NCBI GenBank assembly: GCA_964016885.1
Contig: OZ024741.1
Coordinates: 307,024,001-307,088,000 of the forward strand
Source: Eledone cirrhosa
Lineage: Eukaryota
DNA length: 64,000 bases
Reading direction: 5' to 3'
The notes beneath the pieces are model-generated. The model saw nothing but the letters and a program-made list of their open reading frames with translations. It did not search any database and was not told where the DNA came from. A program made the translations under genes and the position numbers. Below are positions 1 to 15,088 of this stretch, in pieces; the stretch's first letter is position 1, and every line of letters starts with the position of its first letter.

Positions 1-445
1 TTAGATACTAGTTTACCAGTAAATTGAATTGCCATCTGTCATATACTATCCCCTCTCCTCTTCCTTTCTTACAACTAATATAAATACTTCAGTTTTTCTG
101 ATTTTTTCCAATGTATCCAATATCTCTAAAGAAGTGACAACTGATTATACATTTGCTATCGAATACTTGCTAACATTATATGATTACGCAAGCAGCGATA
201 CATAGGTATTCCGTCTGTTACAGAAACATATGTAAATACCTAATAAATTCCTTTATAAAAGCACTTTCATTTTATATTCATCTTTTCTACATTTTCTCCG
301 GAATATAATTTATACTCGTTGAGCAAACCTACGCGTACGCTGTTCATCTCTAACGTGACGATATATTATCACTACATTATTGATAACCTGAAATTTTATC
401 TATATATATAAAAATGAATGTATGTTTGTTTGTTTGTCCAAAGAT

Positions 446-720
446 ATAAACGGAGAAAGAGAAATCAACGTATATTCAAACAGAGAGTGAAAGAGCGAGT
501 AGTCTGGCTGCTTTGAACCACTCCCTATATTAGACTGTCTCTAAAGTTATAAACGGAGAAAGAGAAATCAACGTATAGACAAAGTGAGAGTGAAAGAGCA
601 ACGAGTGAAAGAGCGAGTAGTCTGGCTGCTTTGAACCACTCCCTATATTAGACTGTCTCTAAAGTTATAAACGGAGAAAGAGAAATCAACGTATAGACAA
701 AGAGAGAGTGAAAGAGCGAG
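446..720. repeat. Internal tandem repeat of the Helitron (about 2.3 copies of a ~115-125 bp unit)
   Basis: ATAAACGGAGAAAGAGAAATCAACGTATA...GAGTGAAAGAGCGAGT recurs at about 446, 549 and 667. Confidence 0.8.
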
Positions 721-742
721 TGTGAAACTTTTTTAATTAAAG

Positions 743-843
743 ATAATTTCAATAGAATTAGTATTCTCTCTTTAATTTAATATAATTTCAATAGAATTAG
801 TAAATTCTCTCTTTAATTTAATATAATTTCAATAGAATTAGTA
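743..843. repeat. Short tandem repeat (~40 bp, three copies)
   Basis: ATAATTTCAATAGAATTAGTA occurs three times. Confidence 0.8.
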
Positions 844-1351
844 TAGTGTCTGTTTCACATTACTTCCCTTCCACTCCCATTACAGGGAATTCTTTTTCAG
901 CTAGCCCTTAACTAAGTGCTGTAATTTGATATCTTCATTTCATCTGTCCTTATTTTCCTGACCTGGACACATACGTGGACCGACATCATTCCAAGAATTG
1001 AGAACAGTAAACTGTCAAGTATGTGCCACTTATCGTGAAGCTTGCCAAGAATTAAATCTTCTTGAAAATGATGGACATTGGGACACTTCACTCGCTGATG
1101 CATCGAATACTGCTCGACCAAAGCAAATACGCACATTATTCTCAATAATATTGACAACGTGCTTCCCATCAAATCCAAAAGATCTTTGGGAAAAATATAA
1201 AGACTACATGAGTGAAGACATCCTACATCGTTTGCGTGCAACAAATCAAAATATGAATATTCAATTCACACAAAATGTGTATAATGAAGCATTGGTTTCC
1301 ATTGAGGTCATATGTTTAGCAATCGCTAACAAAACATTGGTACAATAGGGA

Positions 1352-2830
1352 ATGCCTGCGCCGAATCGATCTGTAAACGACATTTTCGATCGTGATTTGC
1401 AACGAGAAACAAACTTTGATGTCGCCGAATTGGGTACATTTGTTCAAACGAATCTTCCCAAATTGCTACCAGAACAACGCATAGTATATGACCAAATTAT
1501 GCAGGCAATTATAAGTCAAAGCGGCGGATTGTATTTTATAGATGCGCCCGGTGGTACAGGCAAAACTTTTCTCATTTCACTTATTTTGGCAACTATACGA
1601 TCAGAAAATAATATTGCACTGGCAATCGCATCATCTGGAATTGCGGAAACTCTTTTAGATGGTGGCCGAACAGCACATTCAGCCCTGAAATTGCCATTGA
1701 ATATGCAAATCGCTGAGACATCAACATGCAATATTACCAAAAATTCTGGTATAGGTAAAGTACTCCAATCATGTAAAATCATTATATGGGACGAATGTAC
1801 TATGGCGCACAAAAAATCATTGGAAGCGCTTAATAATACGCTAAAAGATTTGAAAGGAAATGAACAGCTCTTCGGTGGCACACTCATTTTATTGTCTGGT
1901 GATTTTCGACAAACTCTACCAGTTATACCGCGATCAACACCCGCTGATGAGCTTAATGCATGTCTCAAATCATCAGTTTTATGGCGACACGTACAGAAAT
2001 TAACTTTAAAAAACAATATGCGTGTACAACTACAAAATGACGCATCCGCTGAACGTTTCACAAAACAATTGCTGGATATTGGGAATGGGAAAATGGTAAT
2101 CGATGATTCCACAAAATGTATCACATTGCCAACAAACTTCTGTAGAATCACGGCAACCAGAGACGAACTGATTCACAAAGTGTTCCCAAATATTGCGCAG
2201 CATTACAAAAATCATCAGTGGCTCAGTGTACGTGCTATATTAGCAGCCAAAAACACCGATGTCAATGCCATTAATTTCAGCATTCAAAACGAAATACCAG
2301 GCGAAGCGACAACGTATAAGTCCATCGATACTGTAATGAATCAACATGAAATTATCAATTATCCAATTGAATTCTTGAATTCACTTGATTTGCCAGGCAT
2401 GCCACCGCACATTTTAACATTGAAAATTGGCGTGCCTATCATCCTTCTCCGAAACATCAATCCACCACAACTTTGCAACGGTACCAGACTTTCAGTGAAA
2501 AAGACGATGAACAATATCATCGAGGCTACAATTTTAAATGGAAAATTTAAAGGAGAAGATGTACTCTTGCCACGCATCCCAATCATTCCAACAGATACGC
2601 CATTCGATTTCAAACGTTTGCAGTTTCCGGTGCGACTCGCCTTTGCAATGACTATCAACAAAGCACAAGGACAATCGCTACAAGTGTGTGGACTAAATTT
2701 AGAAAATCCATGCTTCTCACATGGACAGCTGTATGTGGCTTGCTCACGCGTCGGTAAACCTTCTGATTTATTCGTGTACGCACCAGAAGGAAAAACAAAA
2801 AACATTGTGTATCCAAAAGCACTTCAGTAA
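1352..2830 (+). CDS. Helitron PIF1-like SF1B helicase domain (continues the 998-1348 ORF across one TAG)
   Basis: Motifs DAPGGTGKT, ASSGIA, GGRTAHS, IIWDECTM, GDFRQTLPV, LCNGTRL, RLQFPVRLAFAMTINKAQGQS, HGQLYVACSRV. Confidence 0.92.
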   Translation: MPAPNRSVNDIFDRDLQRETNFDVAELGTFVQTNLPKLLPEQRIVYDQIMQAIISQSGGLYFIDAPGGTGKTFLISLILATIRSENNIALAIASSGIAETLLDGGRTAHSALKLPLNMQIAETSTCNITKNSGIGKVLQSCKIIIWDECTMAHKKSLEALNNTLKDLKGNEQLFGGTLILLSGDFRQTLPVIPRSTPADELNACLKSSVLWRHVQKLTLKNNMRVQLQNDASAERFTKQLLDIGNGKMVIDDSTKCITLPTNFCRITATRDELIHKVFPNIAQHYKNHQWLSVRAILAAKNTDVNAINFSIQNEIPGEATTYKSIDTVMNQHEIINYPIEFLNSLDLPGMPPHILTLKIGVPIILLRNINPPQLCNGTRLSVKKTMNNIIEATILNGKFKGEDVLLPRIPIIPTDTPFDFKRLQFPVRLAFAMTINKAQGQSLQVCGLNLENPCFSHGQLYVACSRVGKPSDLFVYAPEGKTKNIVYPKALQ

Positions 2831-3018
2831 AACAAATTAAATGTTCTTATGACGAATTTTCTTTAAATTCGTCAGTCATTCAGTCATTTAAAGATAAATG
2901 TTAAAATCTAAAAAATAGAAACTAAATTACAGAAGTTTTTAAATAACGATTAAAATGTTAATATTATTCTTTTCTAAATAAGCTTTTTAACACTGAGCGA
3001 AGCCGGGTAGCTCCGCTA

Positions 3019-3067
<49 letters not shown>

Positions 3068-3068
<1 letters not shown>

Positions 3069-3845
3069 TAGGTGACGTACCCAGCTCGCCCGGGTAAACA
3101 GATGATAAGAGAAGACAGGTAAAAGAGAAAATGACTGTATTGGATGTTTGTCTGGTTACAGTATGAGGCGAGTCCGTGGTGTCTGTTTGATAGAATAAAA
3201 CAGTAAGAAAAATCTTCCAGATTTACCAGATTCTTCGTCGTACTGTTTGTGCATAGTATATGAACAATTCTAGGCGCTCCCACCTAGAATAGTGCCTCTA
3301 GGATATGGTTCATCTTCTGCCTGACTGTTTCCATGTTTCTCAAAAGGATGATGGAAGTTCCATTCTTTTATATTATATGTAGATATAGATAATTAATATA
3401 AAAGATGATGCTCAGCCAGTTCGTCTTCAACCATCCCAGCACGCCGTCGCTGCTTGGCTCCAGTGTTTCGTTGCCGTTGTTCAGCCAGCTCCTCTTCATT
3501 CATGGTGGCACATCTTCGCCTCTGAAGTTGGGCATTCCGATGCCGCTGTAGTTCACTGTTTGATAAAGTCGAATTGCTTTTACTTTCTGTGGAACGCTGC
3601 ACGCACGCACACACACATAAACATACGCGCACGTACATACACACGCACACATGGTAATAGTTATAGCGTTCACTTTGCCTCTCTGTTTCTCACTCTCCCC
3701 CTCTCACTCCCTCATTGACATTTTATACATATTAATTTAAGTTTGGTGTCGTTGAGGTGCGCGGAGTCGTTTGAAACCTATGAACCAATGATAATTTAGA
3801 ATTATGACACACGGAATACTGACATTGTTGAAATTAATATATAGA
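3068..3845 (-). mobile_element. Non-autonomous Helitron (second family)
   Basis: The minus strand starts A|TCTATATATTAATTTC at 3845 and ends TACCCGGGCGAGCTGGGTA (hairpin) CGTCACCTAG|T at 3068. It carries an R/E/Q-rich N-terminal RepHel-like relic (3393-3650) and a helicase C-terminal relic VGAPRIVHILCTNSTTKNLV. Confidence 0.8.
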
Positions 3846-4133
3846 TATACATATATATATACATATATATATAAATAAATATATGATGATGGGTGCCCCC
3901 TCGTTATCGAGTATGGCCATTGCACGAGAAGAAAAAAAAATACAAAAAAAAAAAATAAATAAATAAAAAATAAAATAAAATAAAATACTAATAATAATAA
4001 TAATAAATAAATTTAGAAAAAAAAAAAAAAAAATAAATAAATAAATAAAAAATAATATATATATACATACACATATATACATACACACATACACATACAC
4101 ACACGCATATACACACACACATACATTAATAAC

Positions 4134-4164
<31 letters not shown>

Positions 4165-4243
4165 GCAATAATAATAATAACGACAACAACAATAATAATA
4201 TACATATTCATATATATATACACACACACGCACGCACATAAGC

Positions 4244-4285
<42 letters not shown>

Positions 4286-4287
<2 letters not shown>

Positions 4288-6948
4288 TAGCAACTAACAG
4301 TGCTGCGATCGAATGTGGCTTTTTAGCCCAGCCAATGATCTAAAATGTCTTGCACAGAGTCGGCAACCAAAACATTCATTGGGAATAGTCGGCTGTGGTT
4401 GGAGTTCGTGTACCTTTGCATGTCGCTTGAGCCCTCCTGCTGATTTACATTCTCTACCACATGTTTGGCAAGCATGATGAGTAGCATCTCCAACAGCAGC
4501 CTGGTAGTCAACCACTGGTCTTACTTTATGACTGCGAAGATGACTTTCGAGTCCAGCTTTGCTTAGGCAGAGTCTCGCACAGACGCTGCATGTCAGCACC
4601 ATAGGAGGACCCTCGCCGTCTGGAAGTGCAACAGCAATGCCCTTCCTCACATCCCGCTTTACTTTCTCGTGTGCGATTCGAGATGCCTCAAAGGCAACTT
4701 TTCCCTCATATACAGTCTTTCTCCAGTTATTACGATCAGCAGCAACATTTTCCCATGTATCAGCAGAGATGTTAGCGTCTTTCAGAGAGGCTTTCAAGGA
4801 ATCCTTATACCTCTTTTTTTGGTTTATGTGGCGGTCGTTTTCCTTTAACCAACTCTCCATAGAAGAGTTGTTTTGGTATTCTAGAATCCTTCATCCTGGC
4901 AAGATGACCACTCCAACGGATTCGTTGCTTAAGCACAAGAGCTTCTATACTGTCACACATAGAGCTTTCCAAAATCTCGGCATCACTGATGTGGTCCCTC
5001 CAGTGAACACCATGGATCCGTCTGAGACACATCTGATGGAAACGCTCCAATTGCTTAAGGTGGTGTCGATATGTGACCCAGGTCTCGCAGGCATAAAGAA
5101 GACAAGAGAGTACACATGCCCTGTACACCTTTACCTTTGTCCTCCTGCATATGTCTCGCCGACCCCAGAGTCGCCTTTCTAGCTTTCCGAAAGCATCACT
5201 TGCTTTCCTAATCCTAAGTGAGATTTCACTGTCAAGGTTGCCGTATCGATTGACAGTGCTTCCCAGGTAGACAAACTGATCAACCACTCCAAGTCGTTTG
5301 CCATACACATAGATGTTTGGTTCAGTGTACTGCTTACTGGGGTCAGGTTGGTACATGACGACGGTTTTCTTGAGACTGACAGTCAAACCCAGGGCAGTGC
5401 AAGCGTCAGAAAATGCATTCAAAATGTGCTGCATATCACTCTCTGTGTGCGCTACAAGATCGCAATCATCTGCATACAAGAGGTCTCTTATGATTGATGT
5501 AAATACTTTTGTCTTCGCAGCAAAGCGCCTGATGTTAAATATGCCCGCTGAGGTTCGATATCGGATGTAAACACCATGCTCGCAATTCCTGAATGCAATA
5601 CAGAAAACCATTGCAAAGTATATGGCAAACAGGGTCGGTGCTGGAATATCCCCCTGTTTCACTCCATTTTTTACTGAGATAGGCTCCGACATGTTACCTC
5701 CGACATTAACCCAAGCCTTCATGTCGTCATGAACTTATCAGGGCAACCAAGTTTCTGGAGAACCTTCCATAATGCATCTCTGTTGACAGTATCGAAAGCC
5801 TTTGTCAGATCGACAAAAACTTGATACAGATCCAAGCCTTGTTCAATGCACTTCTCCTGGAGCTGTCTAGCTGAGAAGATCATATTAGTAGTAACGCGTC
5901 CAGCACGAAAATCAGATTGACTTTCAGGAAGAACACAATCTGCAATGTGTGTCAGTAGACGGTCCAGAAGCACCCTACATAAAACTTTCCCTACGACAGA
6001 AAGCAATTATATACCTCTGTAGTTCCCACAATCATTCCTGTTACCCTTTCCCTTGTACAAGACCACCATTACTGCATCTCTCCAGTCCTCAGGTACGGAT
6101 TCATTAGCCGATATCCTTCCAAACAAAGAGTGCAGATGTTGCAGGAGTCTCTCACCACCATATTGTAGGAGCTCAGCATGTATGCCATCCATACCTGGAG
6201 ATCTTCCACTGTTCAGCTTCGAAATAGCCACTGCAACCTCCACAAGCGTGGCCACCTTCGTAGAATTCCCTGTGAGTCACGAAGAAGTTCTTTGCCATCC
6301 TTGCTGCGAAGCGGTGTCACCAGAGAAGAAGACGGTCCATAAACCTCACGCAAGAGACTGTACAACAGCTTTGTGTTATTGGAATCAGACGCAGTTTGTA
6401 TCTCACCAGCCTTCTCACTCCACCACTGATCCTTCATCTGAGAAAGACTCCGCCTAACACGTGATTTTACATCCCTGAGCTCCTCATGCAACGTATTCCT
6501 CTCCTGTGGTTTTGCCGTCAAGTAGCGTGACAGAGCACGCCTCTTATCAGCCAACAAGTCTTCTATATGTACATCATTCTCATTAAACCAGTCCTGATGT
6601 TTTCTCTGCACCAATCCCAGAACACGCCTTCCCACATCATAAACCGACTTTTTAAGGGTCGGCCAATCCTCACCAAGATCTGCAGCCTGCATCTCTTCTT
6701 CCAATGTCCTCTTCACATTTTTATCCTTAAGACGAACAGCATTCAATCTTTTGGGCAGGGTAACAACAGGAGCCCGGATTTTACGTTTAGTGATTAGTTT
6801 CACTTTTGCGCGTACCAGGCGGTGGTCCGTCCATCACTCAGCTCCACGAAGAACACGAACACACTGCACATCCTGTCTGTCACGCATCCTGACTAGTACG
6901 TAGTCCAAAAGATGCCATTCCTTAGATGCAGGATGCATCCATGTGGTC

Positions 6949-6953
<5 letters not shown>
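4286..6953 (-). mobile_element. RTE-clade LINE (BovB-like), 5'-truncated and disrupted; end of APE, RT, three C-terminal C2H2 fingers, adjacent (TG)n
   Basis: KTTWMHPASKEWHLLDYVLVR (APE), FVDLTKAFD, GVKQGDIPAP, LLYADD, LLYACETW, RWSGHLARM, LFYGEL; several stops and frameshifts. Confidence 0.9.
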
Positions 6954-8755
<1,802 letters not shown>

Positions 8756-8802
8756 CGTATATGTATATATATATATGTATATATATATATATGTATATAT
8801 AT

Positions 8803-8856
<54 letters not shown>

Positions 8857-9152
8857 GGAGGCACATGGCTTAGTGGTTAGAGCATTGGCCTTGCAATCGA
8901 AAGGTTGTGAGTTCAATTCTCAGACCGGGTGATGTGTTGTTTCCTTGAGCAAGACACCTTATTTAACATTGCTCCAGTTTACTCAGCTGTAGAAATGAGA
9001 TGATAGGGACTGGGATCCCTATCATTCCACTGCAAAGTGGTCGTGCAGGTGCCACGCAAAATAGCACCCAGCACTCACTGTAAATGAGGGTGGTGTTAGG
9101 AAGAGCATCCAGCTTGCAAGCAGGGAAAAGTGGACGTAAAATGAAATGAAAT

Positions 9153-9155
<3 letters not shown>
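8857..9155 (+). mobile_element. tRNA-derived SINE family A (CORE-like body, RTE-derived 3' end)
   Basis: A box TGGCTTAGTGG, B box GAGTTCAATTC, CORE-like CCTTGAGCAAGACAC...CTCCAGTTTACTCAGCTGTAGAAATG, tail GCAAGCAGGGAAAAG.GGACGTAAAATGA. Confidence 0.85.
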
Positions 9156-9186
<31 letters not shown>

Positions 9187-9699
9187 GATAACAAGATATC
9201 GTTATAGGTAATCCAATTAGAGGTTGTGAATACTTCTTATTATGAATAGTTTTAGCGTACGCCGTTATATCACTTAACAAGAGGTTTACGTAGATGACGA
9301 GTTTAAGATTTCACTTGTATTCCTATGTAAGTTTATCTTGGAGTAATAAAATTGAAAAAGTGGAGGATAACATGGTCAACAGTACAAAAAAGGAGATTTA
9401 TTTACAGTCTAGCAATTGTTTCACTGATAGAGTTGTCCTAAAAATTGCTAAACACTGAAAGTAGTGCCACTCAATTTAAAATACATGTTGGCTCTATCAT
9501 ATCTTCAGAAACTCTCAAAAAATATATATATGTGTAACCGGCAAATTTACAAATTCAAATTCAAATTACATCAATAATAATATTAATAATAAAGATATAG
9601 AGAGAAAAAAAAGGAAGGGAGATAGATATAGTAAAGAGAGAAAGGAAAGGAAGCAGAAAGCGGTTTTGATCAAGCCTGGCTGATTGGTCACCACCAAGC

Positions 9700-11210
9700 A
9701 AAAAGATTGCGGAGACCCTGAAGAGCGATGGGTTTCTGAGGACCCTGGCGCAGATAAAGAGGAAAAGAAAAGAAATCGAGAAGGCCTATGTCCTCATAGT
9801 GTCAGATATGGCGATGCTAAGCCGTGTCCTCAAAGAGGAGAAAAACGAAGAGAAAGGAGAAGAAAAAGAAAAGGAAGAAAGCACAAGCACAGACCTGAAA
9901 GAAAATGAGATACCCGCCGCCACAGTCAGGGAGGGCAGGCCGAGCAACAAACAAGCAAACGGTAAAGGTGAGAAACGAAATCACCTTCCGAAGGAGAACC
10001 AAGAACAGAAAGCACCGAGACGCTAGGAGCAAGAAAACCCAAGTAATGTGCAAGTTCTTCAGGAACGGGACCGGCTGGCATGGAGAGACAGGGATGGGCT
10101 GCAGATTCACACACCCCAGGTACCAAACGAACTATGCCCATCCTACTCGCGCAACATTCCCCAGCCAAAGCCAAAACAAGCTGCTCCAGAAGTATGCTGA
10201 TGTCGCGCGTAGAGGGCACGCACATGCCAACGAGATACAAATGGTAGAGAAGATTGTGGAAGAGCTGACCTAGCTGCATTGTTTCCAGAGTCAGGGTCAC
10301 CCACATCAGCACTCGAGACCACCACAATTAAGGGACCCAGAGTGGCCGCCGCTGACACCAGACCAGGTGTCATACTGACAGCCATGACTGGCACCCCAAA
10401 GTTCACACCAGTGCTGCTGCTGAATGTCAGAGGCCTGGTGAAACTCAGTAACATGAGTAAAATTTCGTACCTGGGAGACTTAGCCATAAGCAATCAAGCA
10501 ATTATGCATGGCACTAACCAAAACGCACCCGAGAAGCAGTATAGCAGATGCAGAAATACATATACCGAAATATACTGTATTTCATTCGGACAGGAAGGTG
10601 AGAACTCATGGTAGGGTTGCTCTGTATATTCGTGAAGATGTCACACCAATTGTACTGTTGACACATTAAAACTCAGTCTGTGATACACTGATAGTACATA
10701 TGAAGCAACTACAGACAGTAATATGTGTCACATATCGGCTGCCCGATGCCCCCAGCCATGAGGGTAAATTTGAGGATAGCCTCAGTAGGATAGAAGAGGT
10801 CCTTGACAAACTGGACCAGGGTCTCAACATTCTACTGCTGGGAGGCTTCAACCTGCCAAAGGGCAAATGGCCTGAGGGCCACCTCCTCCCTGGAATGACG
10901 TCAATAGAACAGAGACAGACGGAATCCCTGCTGGCCCTCACACACAGGCTGTTCATGGAACAAGCAGTACTCCTCCCAACAAGAGGCAAAAATGTCCTGG
11001 ACCTCTGGTTTACAAACAACGAAGTGCTCATCCACAATGTAAAGGTGACACCAACAATTTTCTCGCATCATAACTTAGTAGAGCTAATGATATGTGGTCC
11101 GAGAGAACCAACAGAGACACAACCACCAAGAAGCACCGGGACGTTATCCAGCCGTAACTTCTACAAGGCTAACTGGAAAAAGATCAAGAGAGAAATCCGG
11201 AAGCAAAAAT
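9700..11210 (+). mobile_element. CR1/Jockey-group LINE 5' fragment (ORF1 relic with CCCH-like motif + APE endonuclease), degenerate
   Basis: CKFFRNG...GCRFTHP; LLLNVRGL, YRLPD, LGGFNLP, LPTRGKNVLDL, SHHNLV, NFYKANW. Confidence 0.75.
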
Positions 11211-11319
11211 ATATATATATATAAATATAAAAAGTCTAAAGTCTGTCTTAAGCCAGAAGGCTCATTTGGCTGGTGCTTATCCCGGTTTCATGGCGTGAAG
11301 CGACTGAAAGTACCGAATG

Positions 11320-11480
11320 AATTAACTGTGGAGATATAAAAGATACAGAAGCGAAAACCAACCAAACAGTGAGTGTGTTCTGTTATTATTTCTGGCAATA
11401 TTATTACAACAATATGACCTTCCAAGTATAACAATATTTGTTTTGCCACACGATTTCATATAAAAAACCTCGCAAAACAA
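11320..11480 (+). repeat. Unclassified dispersed repeat (also 16256-16460 minus, 55020-55290 plus, partial inverted copy 54699-54825)
   Basis: Shared GCGAAAACCAACCAAACAGTGAGTGTGTTCTGTTATT...CTGGCAATATT...CAAGTA.AACAATATTTG. Confidence 0.75.
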
Positions 11481-12105
11481 ATATATATATATATTTACTC
11501 CACTAGACTGTTGAGAGCTTTATATCAGTTATAAAATTTTTAAGCTTGTTGAATCCCAACAAATTAAATATAACCTCTGCATATATATATTTGTTAGACA
11601 CGAAGTGACTAACAACAGTATGTTTTAGTCACTTAGTGTTCTAACATATATGTGTAGATCGTCAATTTTTTTTTCAAGGTCTGGCCGTGGCCGTGATGAT
11701 TACATGCCATTGGCTAATTTTCAACCAATCAGAGTAAGTGTTGCTCAAAAGCATCCACCATGTTTTTTTGTTTGTTTTCCTAGTTCATTTATTTTTGTTA
11801 TTTCATCGTTATATGATTTTTAAAAATTTATATTAACTATTGTGTATTTTTTTTAATATTTGCTCATAGGCTTTTCCAATTTCGCTCAGCCAACAACAAT
11901 TAAAAAGAGAGTTGCTTAAGATTAAGTGCATTTAGGTTTAAGTACATTTCGTATTAATCTTTACTAAACATCTAATATGAGATATTGGACATTAGCTTAA
12001 ACCAACCATGTCTTTCTTTTTACACTATTTCACTTAGTTCATTCTTAGAGTCTAACATATAAAAATATGATTTACAACTATAAAATAAATAAATTAATAT
12101 AATAA

Positions 12106-12188
12106 CAGGGCTGCGGAGCCAAAATTTAGGATATAATGGAGTATCGGATCCGGAGTTGGAGCGAGTCAATTTTTGGCCGACTCCGCAG
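12106..12188. mobile_element. Possible degenerate hAT-type MITE remnant
   Basis: CAGGGCTGCGGAG at the left and CCGACTCCGCAG at the right form a partial inverted terminus. Confidence 0.35.
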
Positions 12189-12733
12189 ATATTTCATATT
12201 AAACTTATTAATAAACCTATTTTACACTGCATCCAAATTACCATGAGATCATGATATTAGATATAAAATACAGCCGAATATCTACATCTGTAAAAGTACG
12301 AAAGCGAAGATATGATAAATGGCTTAAGGTAATTCCAATATGAAAGTTTGCAGTGATAAAACATTGATGATACAATACGATTGTTAATGTTATAATTCGA
12401 TGAAAATGTAACAGTATATAACTAAATTATTTTAATATTAGTATATTTATAAAATTATCAATATAGATTTGATCGTTCATATAAGCATCATATTAATTTT
12501 CAACACAATTATTTTATTACTATCAGTATATGATAATAATATTAAGTAATTATTTATAGCTGTTATTACATTAAACATAGATGTATTTATTGTGATATTT
12601 TTATAAAGGATGCCACAGAATGTACGATAGATAATGATTACAATATTTTTGAGTAACAACTCTAGTCCCACACTTTTGAAGGTTTATAATAATATTCTGT
12701 GGCTCTTTTGAGCTTGCGCATTTTTCATGTCTA

Positions 12734-12804
<71 letters not shown>

Positions 12805-14083
12805 TTAAAACAATGAAATAAAAAATCAAGTCATTAGAAATATACTTCACTGCTTTATGATCGTTTCTAGGTGATGATAATACATTGTAGCTATACTTCG
12901 TTATTGATCTATGTAAGGTTAGTTACAAAATATCAGATAAAGAGAATATTTACTTACATGCATATCACCAGCTGTTTTCAAAAGCAATAATAATTTTATT
13001 CAGAATTATTAGTATGTTAGTATCTTGTCCTTATTTGGAGGTAGTTGAAGAACTAACCAATGAAATTGTTTTTTTCATATGATGTTAAGATGAAAAGTAA
13101 TTCACTTTAGTTGAGGTCTTGACCCTTTGAAAGGAATGGTTGAATGGTGTTAATAATAGAATTGCCATAAAAAATCTATTAGGAGGAAAGGGATTGTCAA
13201 ATTGATAGTTGAATGTATCTGGTATAGTGAAGTTTAAAAGGAATGTAAAAATAAATAATGATTAGTGTTGTATGGAGTTTTTAGGTGAATATAAATTAAG
13301 GTCATGGCTAGGAAAGATAGTATATTAAAATATGAAATATAAAGATAATGAAATACAGTATTGCAATAATATAAGATAATCAACACAATATATAGTACGG
13401 TGTGGTAAATTGCACTTAGTATAATACAGCATATGATATGCTCTAAAATACTATCAAGTATGTTTATGTATAAATAATCAAACTCAGATAAATACATTTT
13501 GACATAGTCAAAACGCATAAATTTCATAGATCACAAAGTGCATATATCCACACTGTATATAGAGAGGTATAGTTACATTGATACCCAACTAAAAATATAC
13601 ATATGCATAAATAAATGCAAACATAAATATACATATACAAATGTGCACATAATCATATACACATATATTTATACATATCTATATTTACACATACACACCT
13701 ATACCCACATATATATATATATGTGTGTGTATGCACACACTCCTACATGTGCACACTCATATATAATCACTCATACACATATACTCACATATACACTCAC
13801 ACGCAAACACACATATATATACACACATACAGACAAACACATATATATATATACATATACATATACACAAATATATTCCCATATCATACATACATAGATA
13901 TATATTTACTCATGCAATTACGGGTGGTTGTGTACCTTGTTGCCTTTAGTCATTAACGCATAAACCTAAGGAAGGTAAAACATTAAAAGGTAAAAGATAA
14001 GCATGAATGCATATAATTAGGGGAAAGGGGTACTAACAAATGTTACTCTATATAGAATTATAGTGAGTTGCTATTTAGAATAT

Positions 14084-14192
14084 TTAATTAGGTTTATAGT
14101 ATTTAAATGTTCTTCGTATATGGTGATTACAAACTATAATCAGTTCCTGTCTTTTATTTAATAAATCGTCCTTAGATTTAGTAATTAGATCT
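14084..14192 (-). pseudogene. Extreme C-terminus of a Penelope-like GIY-YIG ORF
   Basis: DLLNKRQELIIVCNHHIRRTFKYYKPN* resembles QLLNKKEELIKACKHRLRRTYLALKP of the 19644-20027 ORF. Confidence 0.65.
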
Positions 14193-15088
14193 ATATGTAT
14201 ATATATAATTAGATGTATATATATATATATATAGTAATAATAATAAATTTGAAGACTAAAATCCAAAGATAGTACGATTTATACGTGGATATTTTACGTC
14301 TTGATGTGGGAGCTAAGTATGTTTTGTTTATACCATTACTTATTTGCATAGTTAAATATATTTTACCAGTATGTTTTGTGAATGTACGTATACTTTCTCG
14401 TACGTATATTTGATTGTTTATGTTATGGCGTATAATTTTATATATTCTGGTACATATGGTTTGGCTATGTGTATACGGGAGTTTTGCGTCTGTGCGAGTA
14501 TGCAGGTTTGTACGTATGTTGGGTGTGTGTATATGTGTACTTCATGTTTTGGTTGACTTACGTCTCCGAACATTCGTGTATTTACATGTAGGTATGTGTG
14601 TGCGCTTGTTATATACATATTTATTTATTTATATACGTTTATATAATTTTTTATTTATTTGTATACACGCATACACACACACATATTTATATGTGCGTGG
14701 TTTTGTATACCGATGGTAAGTGTTCTGCGTATGCTTGTGTATGTACGTATTTGTTTGCGTGTATGTATTTATTTATTTCTATTACTTCTGTATTGTATTT
14801 ATTTACTTTGCTCTTAACTCTGATGCAGAGAATCATTCTGTCTCCTAGTTAGAATTTTAGTCTACGACTTCTGCTATACCATTTACGTGGTTTTGTCTTT
14901 GCGTGCAATTGTTCTCCACGCTCCACATATGACGTATTATCTTCGTTTTTTTCGTTCATTGCCAGAGAACGTCTCTATGAACCACCTAAGAGAACATTAG
15001 TCTACGACCTCTTTTATAGCATAAACGTGGTTTTGTCTTTGCGCGTAATTGTTTTTCACCGCTCCTATTAATGACGTATTATATTCGT

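Larger units (their letters stand above)
399..3019 (+). mobile_element. Helitron, internally deleted (helicase half of RepHel retained)
   Basis: 5' end A|TCTATATATATAAAAATGAATG at 399. 3' end ...GCGAAGCCGGGTAGCTCCGCTAG|T at 3019, i.e. TC...CTAG inserted between A and T. PIF1-type helicase ORF inside; no HUH Rep motifs seen. Confidence 0.85.

Noticed and set aside
1352-2830. Host PIF1 gene
   Set aside because: It is intronless and enclosed by Helitron TC/CTAG termini.
8857-8930. Functional tRNA genes
   Set aside because: The acceptor and anticodon stems do not pair properly, and every copy continues into a SINE body.
11240-11315. Possible 3' fragment of a third SINE family (minus strand)
   Set aside because: It is too short and single-copy in this window to classify without a database search.
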